Below are positions 1 to 9,340 of a stretch of DNA of 25,755 bases, piece by piece. The position numbers and the translations under genes were made by a program. The stretch is from positions 1 to 25,755 of the forward strand of contig JBAIYI010000094.1 in assembly GCA_037915955.1 (NCBI GenBank), read 5' to 3'. Under the pieces are notes generated by a model, which was given only the letters and a program-made list of their open reading frames with translations, was not told the origin of the DNA and searched no databases. The stretch comes from Terriglobales bacterium. Lineage in GTDB: Bacteria > Acidobacteriota > Terriglobia > Terriglobales > Acidobacteriaceae. The stretch's first letter is position 1; each line of letters starts with the position of its first letter.

Positions 1-1
1 A

Positions 2-280
2 GAACATTATGAGTCCGACCAGAAAGTCGTAGCCATCCTGCCCGATCGGGGTGACCGGTATTACGCCAACATCTACTCGCCCGACTTTATGCGCGAGAAG
101 AACCTGGTGGATGAAGTTGCCGCGGCATTTCCCAATCCGATTCGTTACGGCGTCGATGTAGCCCAGCGCTGGAGCTACGCGCCGATCCCGCACGAACGCC
201 CGACTGATTACACCGGCGACGTAAGCACGACTGAAGAATTCGCCCGCGATCTTGGACTGGAGGCAGTGCAGGTGTCATGA
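2..280 (+). CDS. 3' end of a PLP-dependent cysteine synthase/SbnA-like (fold type II) enzyme, truncated by the window edge
   Basis: Frame +2 is open from base 2: EHYESDQKVVAILPDRGDRYYANIYSPDF... The VVAILPDRGDRY segment is the typical C-terminal motif of cysteine-synthase-family enzymes. The stop overlaps the next start (ATGA, 277-280). The ORF track's 89..280 is only the tail. Confidence 0.8.
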   Translation, partial: EHYESDQKVVAILPDRGDRYYANIYSPDFMREKNLVDEVAAAFPNPIRYGVDVAQRWSYAPIPHERPTDYTGDVSTTEEFARDLGLEAVQVS

Positions 281-1542
281 GTCACTATCTGTTGATCGAA
301 AGCAACACCACGGGAACGGGCGGAATGATGGTTGACATGCTTCTCTCACGGGGAGACGCGGTCACCTTTCTGACCCGGACACCGGCGAAATACCCGTTCC
401 TCGGATATCGTCATCCGGAGCTTCAGGTGAGGGAAGTGGACACCAACAGCTTTGGAGTTGTGATAGAAGCTGTGCAGGCTATTCATGCGACGAAGAAGCT
501 TCATGCGGTTACGACATCCTCAGAGTTTTATGTTCCCTTGGTCGCTCAGCTGGCTGCCGCATTGGGCGTAAATGGGCTCGATCCTGCCGCTGCCAGGACC
601 TGCCGTCACAAGCCGAGCACGCGCCAGGCACTGAAAGCGGCCGGGTTGGTTACGCCGGATTTCTACCTGGTGAACTCGGAAGAAGAAGTGCGGCGCCTGG
701 CCGCGCAGATCGAATACCCATGCGTGGTGAAACCACCCTCTGACAGTTCCAGCCACGGTGTTCGCCTGGTGAATGATGCCCGCGACTTGGTGGAGCACTA
801 CCTCGAGATACATAACTGGAAGGAAAACGTGCGTGGGCAAACGCTGGATGGAAGCGTACTGGTAGAGAGCCTGCTGGAAGGTCCCGAGTACAGCGTGGAA
901 ACCATTACGTTGGCCGGTGGTGAAACGCACGTGATCGGGGTGACTGACAAACATCTCTCGCAGGAGCCCTGGTTCGTGGAATTGGGTCACGATTTTCCCA
1001 GCCGCGCTTCCGCGGAGGTACAGGCGGCGCTGAAACAGGCGGCTGTCCTCGGGCTGAAAGCCGTCAATTTCAACTTCGGTCCGGCGCACACGGAAATCCG
1101 CTGGACGCAGCACGGCGCAGCGATCGTGGAAATCAATCCTCGTCTAGCCGGGGGTATGATCCCTGAACTCGTGGCCTACGCCACCGGGATTGACCTGCTG
1201 CAGACCTGGATGGACATGCTGGTCGGCCGCAAGTTGAACCTCGATCCTACCGAAAAAGACAACGCCTCGATCCGGTTCATCACCTCGGACCGGATCGGGA
1301 CACTGCGCCAGGTAAAAGGACTGCATGAAGCGAGCGTGATCCCGAGCATACGCGATATAGCCGTCACGGCCAAACCGGGGCGCGCAATCAGGCCCGCCGA
1401 AGACGCTTATGACCGGCTCGGCTATGTCATTGGCGCCGGCGAGGACCCGGTGGTGGTGTCACGCCACCTGCAGGAAGCCCTGGAAACCATTCAACTCGAA
1501 CTCGAACCGCAGGAATGTGCGGTTCACGCAAGTCAGGGATGA
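277..1542 (+). CDS. ATP-grasp enzyme (amino acid ligase-like), 421 aa
   Basis: ATP-grasp motifs YPCVVKP, VLVESLLEGPEYSVE, GPAHTEIR and IVEINPRLAGG. Translationally coupled to the upstream PLP enzyme. Confidence 0.9.
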   Translation: MSHYLLIESNTTGTGGMMVDMLLSRGDAVTFLTRTPAKYPFLGYRHPELQVREVDTNSFGVVIEAVQAIHATKKLHAVTTSSEFYVPLVAQLAAALGVNGLDPAAARTCRHKPSTRQALKAAGLVTPDFYLVNSEEEVRRLAAQIEYPCVVKPPSDSSSHGVRLVNDARDLVEHYLEIHNWKENVRGQTLDGSVLVESLLEGPEYSVETITLAGGETHVIGVTDKHLSQEPWFVELGHDFPSRASAEVQAALKQAAVLGLKAVNFNFGPAHTEIRWTQHGAAIVEINPRLAGGMIPELVAYATGIDLLQTWMDMLVGRKLNLDPTEKDNASIRFITSDRIGTLRQVKGLHEASVIPSIRDIAVTAKPGRAIRPAEDAYDRLGYVIGAGEDPVVVSRHLQEALETIQLELEPQECAVHASQG

Positions 1543-1545
1543 CTT

Positions 1546-2658
1546 ATGAAGAGCTTGATCGATCTACGCAGCGATACCGTGACCTTACCTCCGCTGGACA
1601 TGCGCAAAGCAATTGCTCGCGCGCAGCTCGGCGATGACGTTTACGGTGAAGATCCCACGGTCAGTGAACTGGAAAAGCTGGTCTCTAAAACTCTGGGTAA
1701 GGAAGCCGCTCTTCTCACACCAAGCGGGACCATGGCGAACCTGCTCGCGCTCCTGGCTCATTGCGGCCAACGGAAGCGGCTACTGGTTGGCGATCTTTCC
1801 GATATCTGGAAATGGGAGGCAGGCGGCGCCTCACAACTGGGCGGATTGGTCTATGAGCCTTTGCCCACCCTGGCGAGTGGTGAGATTCCTCTCGAAGCCC
1901 TGGAAGCGGCGCTCTATGGTGAGCAGGACTTTCAATGCGTTCCGGCGGGGGCCATTTGCCTGGAGAACACGCATTGTCTGTGCGGCGGGAAGGTGCTGTC
2001 GCTCGAATACCTGTCACAGGTATATGAGTTCTCCCGGCGACGGTCACTTCCCGTCCACATGGATGGAGCCCGGCTGTTCAACGCAGCCATAGCGATGGGA
2101 ATCGATGTTCGGCACATCGCGAGTTTTGCAGACTCAATCACCATTTGTCTCTCCAAAGGACTGGCGGCGCCTGTAGGCTCCGTGCTGGCGGGAAGTGGAG
2201 CGTTCATCAGCAGCGCTCGCCGGCTGCGCAAGATGCTGGGAGGTGGAATGCGTCAGGCCGGTATTGTGGCCGCCGGTGGAGTGTATGCACTGCAGCACAT
2301 GATCGACCGGCTAAGTGAAGACCACGCGAATGCGCGTTTGCTGGCGCAAGGTCTGGCGGAAATTTCGGGCATACAGGTCAGCCGCGAAGCTCCGCCGACA
2401 AACATCGTCTTCTTCAGCCTCAGCGATCCTGAACTCAGCCTCAAGTATTTTCTTTATGCCCTGGAGAACGAAGGTGTGCGAGTGGCTGAACTTGGAAAGG
2501 GAAGAATCCGAGCCGTCACGCATTATGGCATCAGCCAGGACGATATTGCCTACGTCATGGTGGCTGTCAACCGTGCACTCGAGCGGACCCGGGCGGCAAG
2601 TTCACCGGTCGTCGTAACAGATCAGCAGTTATGGACTGAGGATGCCGTTGCACTGTAG
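1546..2658 (+). CDS. ltaE: Low-specificity L-threonine aldolase (PLP-dependent), 370 aa
   Basis: Motifs DLRSDTVT, GDDVYGEDPTV, SGTMANL, HMDGARLFNAA and CLSKGLAAPVGS (PLP lysine). Confidence 0.93.
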   Translation: MKSLIDLRSDTVTLPPLDMRKAIARAQLGDDVYGEDPTVSELEKLVSKTLGKEAALLTPSGTMANLLALLAHCGQRKRLLVGDLSDIWKWEAGGASQLGGLVYEPLPTLASGEIPLEALEAALYGEQDFQCVPAGAICLENTHCLCGGKVLSLEYLSQVYEFSRRRSLPVHMDGARLFNAAIAMGIDVRHIASFADSITICLSKGLAAPVGSVLAGSGAFISSARRLRKMLGGGMRQAGIVAAGGVYALQHMIDRLSEDHANARLLAQGLAEISGIQVSREAPPTNIVFFSLSDPELSLKYFLYALENEGVRVAELGKGRIRAVTHYGISQDDIAYVMVAVNRALERTRAASSPVVVTDQQLWTEDAVAL

Positions 2659-2718
2659 CTGATTTTCCTCGTCGATCGACTCAAGGGTTACCTGAAGCGC
2701 AGAAAAAGGAGTCCCCTC

Positions 2719-4089
2719 GTGGCAGAAACTCGCGTGATGAATCGAAACTTCATGTTCCTGTGGCAGGGCCAGATCGTCAGCCAGGTGGGAACGCAGCTCT
2801 TTCAGGTGATCGTCATCCTATCCCTTAAGCAAGCCACGCAGTCGGCGACTTTGGTTGGGCTGTTCATGATGGCCGCAACTGTGCCCGCTCTCTTGCTGGG
2901 CCCGCTGGGCGGCGCCGTGGTGGACCGCTACTCACGCAAGTCAGTCCTGGTGACGGGAGATTTGATCCGCGGGGTGGCGCTCACGGGTTTGGCTGCGGCT
3001 CTCTGGCTCGGCTCGCACTCGCTGACAATCGTGGTTGGATCGCTGTTCGTTTATTCGCTGCTTGAAGGCAGCGTTGGCGCGGTGTGGCAGCCGGCGAGTA
3101 TTTCCGTTGTGCCTGATCTGGTGCCGAAAGAAGGTGTGGGAACGGCGAACTCTTTCATCCAAGGTTCCTTTCAACTCTGTACGGTGCTGGGGCAGGTGAT
3201 CGCCGGAATACTGTTTCGCCTGGTGGGTGCGCCGCTGCTGATGCTGGTGGATGCTGCGACCTACTTCTATGCCGCTGTGAGCGATGCCTTCATTCGCATC
3301 CCCGCGGCCACAGCGAAAGCTTCAGACGAGACTCCGAAGGCAAAGAGTTTTAAAGCGGAGATCGTGGAAGGCCTGCGGCACATCCACACCCGTCCGGGGA
3401 TGCGGATGCTCTTCTACACCATGGCGTTCTTCCAGCTTGTCATGGTGCCAATGCTCATCCTCTTTCCCTTTTATGTAGAGGACTTTCTGCGAGCCGGGCC
3501 ACAGTGGTACGGCTTCCTGCTGGCAGCATCCGGGTTGGGAACCTTCGTTGGATACGGACTGGGAGGCGCACTCAAGCTGTCGCCGCGCAACTCCAGCAGC
3601 GTAACAGTATCCGTAATGGTTCTCATGTCGTTGTGCCTGACTGCACTGGCTTTTGCCAAAGGACCATGGATTGCCCTGGTGCTGATCGCAGCCGTTGGAG
3701 CCATGGACGGATTCATCGTTCTCAAGTTGTTGACAACTCTTCAACTAGCAACGCCTACGGAAATGCGTGGCCGCGTATTCGGACTGCTCATGACGATCAC
3801 TCGAGGACTTACTCCTGTCGCCATGGGGCTCACGGGAGTGATCGCTGACATGATGCATCGCAACATTCCGCTGATCTATGGCGTTTGCGGCGCGGTAGCC
3901 ACGCTGCTGGCGAGCAATGTGGCCGTCCGCGGTGAATGCCGAGCGTTTCTGGCGGGCGAAGACGCCACCGACCATGGCTCCGCTCCCACTCCGATTCAAA
4001 GCAAAGCTCCGGCTATGCTGGAAGCCCCAGACGCCGCTATGAACGCGCCTCTTCTCTGCCAGTTTGATTCCCTGCAGGAGATCAAATGA
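2719..4089 (+). CDS. MFS transporter, DHA3/macrolide-efflux-like, 456 aa
   Basis: About 12 hydrophobic segments; N-terminal NFMFLWQGQIVSQVG; motif A-like GGAVVDRYSRKSVLVTGDLIRG; AAGGAG RBS 8 nt before the GTG; stop overlaps the NRPS start (ATGA). Confidence 0.92.
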   Translation: MAETRVMNRNFMFLWQGQIVSQVGTQLFQVIVILSLKQATQSATLVGLFMMAATVPALLLGPLGGAVVDRYSRKSVLVTGDLIRGVALTGLAAALWLGSHSLTIVVGSLFVYSLLEGSVGAVWQPASISVVPDLVPKEGVGTANSFIQGSFQLCTVLGQVIAGILFRLVGAPLLMLVDAATYFYAAVSDAFIRIPAATAKASDETPKAKSFKAEIVEGLRHIHTRPGMRMLFYTMAFFQLVMVPMLILFPFYVEDFLRAGPQWYGFLLAASGLGTFVGYGLGGALKLSPRNSSSVTVSVMVLMSLCLTALAFAKGPWIALVLIAAVGAMDGFIVLKLLTTLQLATPTEMRGRVFGLLMTITRGLTPVAMGLTGVIADMMHRNIPLIYGVCGAVATLLASNVAVRGECRAFLAGEDATDHGSAPTPIQSKAPAMLEAPDAAMNAPLLCQFDSLQEIK

Positions 4090-7000
4090 GCTCGTCAGCG
4101 CAACACCAGCCGGAGCCGGTACCATCTGGCGAACCCGGCACTCGAGAGCTTTACCCGCTCTCCATGAACCAGCGTGACATGTGGTTCCAAAGCCAGATTC
4201 ATTCTGAAGAAGGGCTCAACAATGTCTGTGTCCAGGTCACGATGGACGGCAAGCTGGATGTGGAGTGCTTCCGTGGTGCATGGCAGGCGGTGGTCAACCG
4301 TCACAGTGCCTTGCGCACTGTGTTCATCGAACGTGATGGGGTGCCCTACCAGAAAGTCCTGCCGGAGGCAGAAGTATATTTCTCCATCGTAGATCTTTCG
4401 GCCGAGGCTCCCGACGAACAGGCAAAGAGCTTGAAGGAGCTGGAACATCAATTTGCCGCGAAGGGGTTTGACTTTGAACGTGGACCGCTATTTCGTTTTT
4501 GCCTGGCGAGGATAGCTGACCAACAGCACGTTTTTCTGTTTACCTTCAGTCACCTGATCATCGACGGCATCTACATGTCGGAAATCTTCGATCAGGTAAG
4601 CGCGTCCTATGAGTCCCTTGCACACGGCAACGATGGGAAGCTGACATGGCTGGATTTGCAATATCCCGAATTTGCCGCAAGACAAATCGAGCGCCTTGAA
4701 AACGGTCTACTGGCGGAGCACGAAAAGTATTGGCACGAACAGCTCCATGCCGCGCTGCCCGCGATGGAACTTCCGACTGATCGCGCGTCACGCAAGACCA
4801 CGAGTTTTGAACTGGGTGTCCTTGATGTGGACGTTCCGGAGTCAGTTTTTGCAAAGCTGAAAAGTTTCCGGAAGCGCTACCGCACAACCGTATTTCGCAC
4901 TGTTCTCGCGGCGTTTGAAGTCCTGCTCCAGCAACTGACGGGAGAAAATGACCTGCTCCTCGGCGTTCCTTTCACAACGCTGCCTAAACATGCGCCGGAA
5001 CTGCTGGGCTTCTTCGGCCACATGGTGCCGGTGCGGGCAAGCCTGGACGGCGCGACGCGATTTACCGATTTGTTGTCGGAAGTGAACCGGCAAATGAACA
5101 ATGCGCAGGAACACCTTGAGTATCCATTGTTTGAAGCTGTGCGTGGGCTCAGGATTATTCGCGATCCTCACCGTCCGCTCTTTCCCGTGGTGATCTCCCA
5201 GGTGCGCGCGCTGGAGAGCACGATGGACGGCGTGCGCCTCAATATGGTGTCAAGGTTCGTGCAGGGCGGTGTTTACCATCTGTGGCTCACGGTACGCGAG
5301 CTGAAGGATGGCCTCTCACTCGGTTTCTATTACAACCGGCAGCTTCTTGAAGGCAGGCCTCTGCAGCTGATTGTCGATTGCATGCAGCAGATGCTTGCCC
5401 GTGTCGTGGAGAATCCGGATGCACCGCTCAGCCTGCTCGAAGTAGTGTCGGCTGCCGAGCGCGAGAGAGTACTCCGTTTCGGTAATGGCGGCCCAGCGCA
5501 GGAGAGCGGTCTCTGGCTTGAACAGATGTTGGCGAAACACGCATCGCAGCAGCCGACGGCAATTGCGGCGTCGGATGGTAACGGCGCAGTTACTTACCGG
5601 GAGCTCAATGAGCGAGCCAACCGGCTGGCGAATTGGCTCATAGCGGGTGGAACGCGCAAGGGCGATCGAATCGGCATCATGGGGCAACGCAGTGTGGGGA
5701 TGCTCACGACCATCCTTGCAGTCCTTAAGGCTGGAGCCGCTTATGTGCCTCTCGATCCCAAGGATCCGCCGGAGCGGATTCTCGGGATGATTAAAGATGC
5801 CGGCTTGAAATGGCTCTCAGTGGATGGAGCGTTAGCAGAGTTGGGATCTCGCCTGGCCTGCACCGCCGGATGCAAGACGTTGAGTTGGAATGACGTCTCG
5901 GCGGCCGGCGTCAATAGCCCCGGGGACTGGAAAGACTCACCGTCCGTTGAACCCTCGGACGTCGACTACAGCGGACGCGATTTAGCCTACATCTTCTATA
6001 CGTCGGGTTCCACCGGTGTACCGAAAGGTGCGATGGTGGAGCGGGCCGGCATGCAAAATCACCTGCTCTCCAAGCTGTATGTGCTGCAGATGAACCCGGC
6101 AGACGTGGTGGTACAGAATGCTTCGCATTGCTTTGACATCTCTGTCTGGCAGTTCCTTGCGCCGTTGATGGCCGGCGGCCGCGTGGTGATTTATGACAAC
6201 GAGTTGGTCCTGAATCCACCAGCGTTGTTGCAAAGGGTAGCAGGCGATGGCGTCACCATTTTCGAAACAGTGCCAAGTTATCTAGAGCTCCTGATGGGAC
6301 TGGAAGGAGTGGAATCGCTGGCTGGATTGCGCTATCTGGTCTCAACGGCCGAGAGTTTGTCTGTCTCCCTGACTGACCGCTGGCTGCGGCGCTTCCCTCA
6401 TGTGCCCCTGGTCAATGCATGGGGTCCTACGGAATGCTCTGACGATGTGACACACGAAATCCTGCAGCCCGGCACAGAAGCTCTGGAAAGAGTTGGCATC
6501 GGCAAACCGATACGAGGTTCGAGAGTTTACGTTCTGGACCGCGAGCTGCGACTGCTTCCCGTAGGTTGCGTGGGTGAGATCGCCATTGGCGGCATTTGTG
6601 TTGGTCGCGGCTACATTGGTGATCCGGCAAAGACCGCGAAGACTTTCATCCCAGATCCATTTGGCCACGCACCAGGCGCTCGGCTTTATCTCACGGGAGA
6701 CATCGGGCGCTGGCGATGGGACGGCTCATTGGAATTTCTGGGCCGGCGTGATGGGCAGGTGAAGATAAGGGGCCGGCGAATCGAAATTGCCGAGATCGAA
6801 GGCGTACTTGGGGCGCATCCTTGCGTTGCTCAAGCAGCGGCCACGGTCCACGGCGGGCGGCTGGTCGCATATTGGGTGGGAAGCGACAAGGTTGAGAGCA
6901 GGGAACTCCGTAAGTTCATTGCTCATCGACTGCCGGAACACATGGTTCCTGAAGCGCTGATGAAACTGGAGAAGCTGCCACTTACCAGGACGGGCAAAGT

Positions 7001-9299
7001 AGATCGCCGGGCGTTGCCCGCACCTGACTGGAGCGAGAGTGCACGAGAATACCTGCCACCGCGCACGGAGGCCGAACAGAATATTGCTGCGATATGGCAG
7101 GAAGTGCTCGGCGTGAAAAGAATCGGGATCCACGACAACTTCTTTGAGATTGGTGGCCACTCACTGAACGCGACTCGTATCATCCTTGGCCTTCAATCGC
7201 GGTTTGGCCATGCAGTTTCGATTCGTACACTGTTCCTCAACCCTACCATTGCGGAGCTGGCATCCGCCTTGGGTGCGAGTAAAGTTGCTGTCGCCGAAAA
7301 GATACCGCTAGCTCCGGATAAAGATTGTTATTCGCTCGCACCGGCCCAGCAACCGATGTGGCTGGCATTTAATGACATTCTGCAGAGCGAATCGCCGGGC
7401 TGGGGGTTCCCGCAGATCATCCGTATTGAGGGCTCCGTTTCCCCGGACGCCCTGGCTGCCGCGCTCTCCCGTCTGGTTGAGCGGCATGACGCTTTGCGGA
7501 TCACGTTCCTTGAGCGCGACGGCGAGCCGCGGCAGCAGTTACATTCAAAGGTAGAGACCACACTACCTTTTCACGATTTTTCAGCTTTGGGCGAGCACGC
7601 CCGTGAAGAGGCCCTGCGGCGCCTGCTTGCTGATCAGCTTTCCGCGCCGCTCACGAATCGGCCACCCATGATACGGCTGCAGTTGGTGCGGCTGGCCGCC
7701 GATCTTCACTATGGGGTGATGCAGTTGCCGCACATAATTTCAGACGTGTGGACTGAACAGATTCTGGTCGAAGACCTTGCCGAGTTTTATAGCGCGATGA
7801 ACACCGGCCGATCCTCTCAGTTGCCAGAGCTACCAGCACGCTTTGTGGATTACGCGGAATGGCACACCACTCGGCTGAACTCGCAAGAGCTGATGGCGCA
7901 GAGAAATTACTGGCTTGAGCTGTTCCGCAATGCTCCCCAGCCTCTGAAACTGCAAGCGATTGGAGACAAAAACGTACGCGGAGCAGACAAGGGGGAGGCT
8001 GTTTCTCTGTCTCTCGCACTTGTCGCGAAATTGAGAGCCTTGGCGAGCGCCAACAACACTACGCTGTACACTTTGCTCCTCAGCTCCCTGCAGACGCTGC
8101 TGGCCCGGCTTACCGGGCTCACCGATGTGGTGGTTGGAACCGCGGTGAGTGGGCGCACGCATCCTGATCTGGAACGAATGGCCGGCTTCTTCATGAACCC
8201 GCTCGCTATGCGATCTGACCTGTCCGGCAATCCGAAGTTCAGCTCACTCCTGGGCCGAGTGCATCAAGGCATGTTGAGCGCGCTGGCAAACCAGGAGTAT
8301 CCCTTCCATCGCTGGCTGGAAGCTTCGCGACGGGAGAAGGGAAGTGCGGACTTCTACCCTCACTCGATTGTCTTACTCGTCGAAGAGCGCCCGCGAGACC
8401 TCTTCTTCGGCGGCGCCAGAGCGTATTTTGACTCCCTGCCCGGCTATAGCTTCGATCTTCGCCGAGTGGCGGGCCCAAACCTGGCCTTGCGCGTGTCAGA
8501 AGGCCGCGAGGGTTGGTGTGCTGAGCTTATTCCAGGAAGCCTGGATGAAGCGCCGCCCCCGGCCGGAATGTTGAGCTGGTGGTGCAGCCTGCTCCAGGAG
8601 ATCGTGGACGATCCTGGCCGTCCCATTGGTGATTACAGCCTGACGAGAAATGAAAGTCGCGATTTGGGTTCATCTCCTGAGTCGCTGGGTTGTGACGACG
8701 CTTTCACACAGTTGGCATTGAAGCTCCAGCGTTCTTCCGCAGGAACGGTTTTTGGACTCCTGACAGACGGTTCTGTGATTGAAAAGCAACCAGATCCGCT
8801 GGACCGGTTGCGAGCCCTGAGAGGCTTGCTCTCTTCCGGTCCTATCAAGGGAATTGCGGCAGATGCTGAGTTGTTGCTGGAGGCCGCGCAAAGAGAAGTA
8901 CTCACTCGTGATGTACTGCCTCAGCTGGAACGGGTGCTTGTACCCGCATCAACCCAGATTGATATTGCCCCGATTCGGCAAGCGCTGGGTATACGGGTGA
9001 GCGCGTTACTGGAACTGGATAATGTTTCTCACGCGGCGCTTTGGATAGACGATTTCGAACCGGGCAGCCCGCTGGTTGGCCGCAGTGCTGGCCCAGAGTT
9101 GGTGGTGATGGACGATTGGGGCAGCGAAACTCCTGCCGGCATCCCAGGCAGACTGTGCAGCAAGGACAAGCCATACGATGCTCCCGTAGCGCTGGGATGG
9201 AGCGCCAGGAGGCGCATGGACGGGATTCTTGAAGTCGAATCACGCCGGTTTGACACGGTTGAGTTAGACGCGGACGAACTGCAGGAACTGCTGCGGTGA
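4086..9299 (+). CDS. Non-ribosomal peptide synthetase, C-A-T-C plus degenerate C-terminal A-like remnant, no TE, 1737 aa
   Basis: C1 core SHLIIDG. A-domain motifs TYRELNERANRLA, LKAGAAYVPLD, YTSGSTGVPKG, FDISVWQ, NAWGPTE, YLTGDIG, GRRDGQVKIRGRRIE, LPEHMVP and TGKVDR. T-domain DNFFEIGGHSL. C2 core PHIISDV with GRTHPDLERMAGFFMN. No GxSxG TE motif after the T domain. Confidence 0.95.
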   Translation: MSSSAQHQPEPVPSGEPGTRELYPLSMNQRDMWFQSQIHSEEGLNNVCVQVTMDGKLDVECFRGAWQAVVNRHSALRTVFIERDGVPYQKVLPEAEVYFSIVDLSAEAPDEQAKSLKELEHQFAAKGFDFERGPLFRFCLARIADQQHVFLFTFSHLIIDGIYMSEIFDQVSASYESLAHGNDGKLTWLDLQYPEFAARQIERLENGLLAEHEKYWHEQLHAALPAMELPTDRASRKTTSFELGVLDVDVPESVFAKLKSFRKRYRTTVFRTVLAAFEVLLQQLTGENDLLLGVPFTTLPKHAPELLGFFGHMVPVRASLDGATRFTDLLSEVNRQMNNAQEHLEYPLFEAVRGLRIIRDPHRPLFPVVISQVRALESTMDGVRLNMVSRFVQGGVYHLWLTVRELKDGLSLGFYYNRQLLEGRPLQLIVDCMQQMLARVVENPDAPLSLLEVVSAAERERVLRFGNGGPAQESGLWLEQMLAKHASQQPTAIAASDGNGAVTYRELNERANRLANWLIAGGTRKGDRIGIMGQRSVGMLTTILAVLKAGAAYVPLDPKDPPERILGMIKDAGLKWLSVDGALAELGSRLACTAGCKTLSWNDVSAAGVNSPGDWKDSPSVEPSDVDYSGRDLAYIFYTSGSTGVPKGAMVERAGMQNHLLSKLYVLQMNPADVVVQNASHCFDISVWQFLAPLMAGGRVVIYDNELVLNPPALLQRVAGDGVTIFETVPSYLELLMGLEGVESLAGLRYLVSTAESLSVSLTDRWLRRFPHVPLVNAWGPTECSDDVTHEILQPGTEALERVGIGKPIRGSRVYVLDRELRLLPVGCVGEIAIGGICVGRGYIGDPAKTAKTFIPDPFGHAPGARLYLTGDIGRWRWDGSLEFLGRRDGQVKIRGRRIEIAEIEGVLGAHPCVAQAAATVHGGRLVAYWVGSDKVESRELRKFIAHRLPEHMVPEALMKLEKLPLTRTGKVDRRALPAPDWSESAREYLPPRTEAEQNIAAIWQEVLGVKRIGIHDNFFEIGGHSLNATRIILGLQSRFGHAVSIRTLFLNPTIAELASALGASKVAVAEKIPLAPDKDCYSLAPAQQPMWLAFNDILQSESPGWGFPQIIRIEGSVSPDALAAALSRLVERHDALRITFLERDGEPRQQLHSKVETTLPFHDFSALGEHAREEALRRLLADQLSAPLTNRPPMIRLQLVRLAADLHYGVMQLPHIISDVWTEQILVEDLAEFYSAMNTGRSSQLPELPARFVDYAEWHTTRLNSQELMAQRNYWLELFRNAPQPLKLQAIGDKNVRGADKGEAVSLSLALVAKLRALASANNTTLYTLLLSSLQTLLARLTGLTDVVVGTAVSGRTHPDLERMAGFFMNPLAMRSDLSGNPKFSSLLGRVHQGMLSALANQEYPFHRWLEASRREKGSADFYPHSIVLLVEERPRDLFFGGARAYFDSLPGYSFDLRRVAGPNLALRVSEGREGWCAELIPGSLDEAPPPAGMLSWWCSLLQEIVDDPGRPIGDYSLTRNESRDLGSSPESLGCDDAFTQLALKLQRSSAGTVFGLLTDGSVIEKQPDPLDRLRALRGLLSSGPIKGIAADAELLLEAAQREVLTRDVLPQLERVLVPASTQIDIAPIRQALGIRVSALLELDNVSHAALWIDDFEPGSPLVGRSAGPELVVMDDWGSETPAGIPGRLCSKDKPYDAPVALGWSARRRMDGILEVESRRFDTVELDADELQELLR

Positions 9300-9340
9300 T
9301 CAGCTTGCCGATACGGTTTCTTGTGGATCGGAGGACGAAA

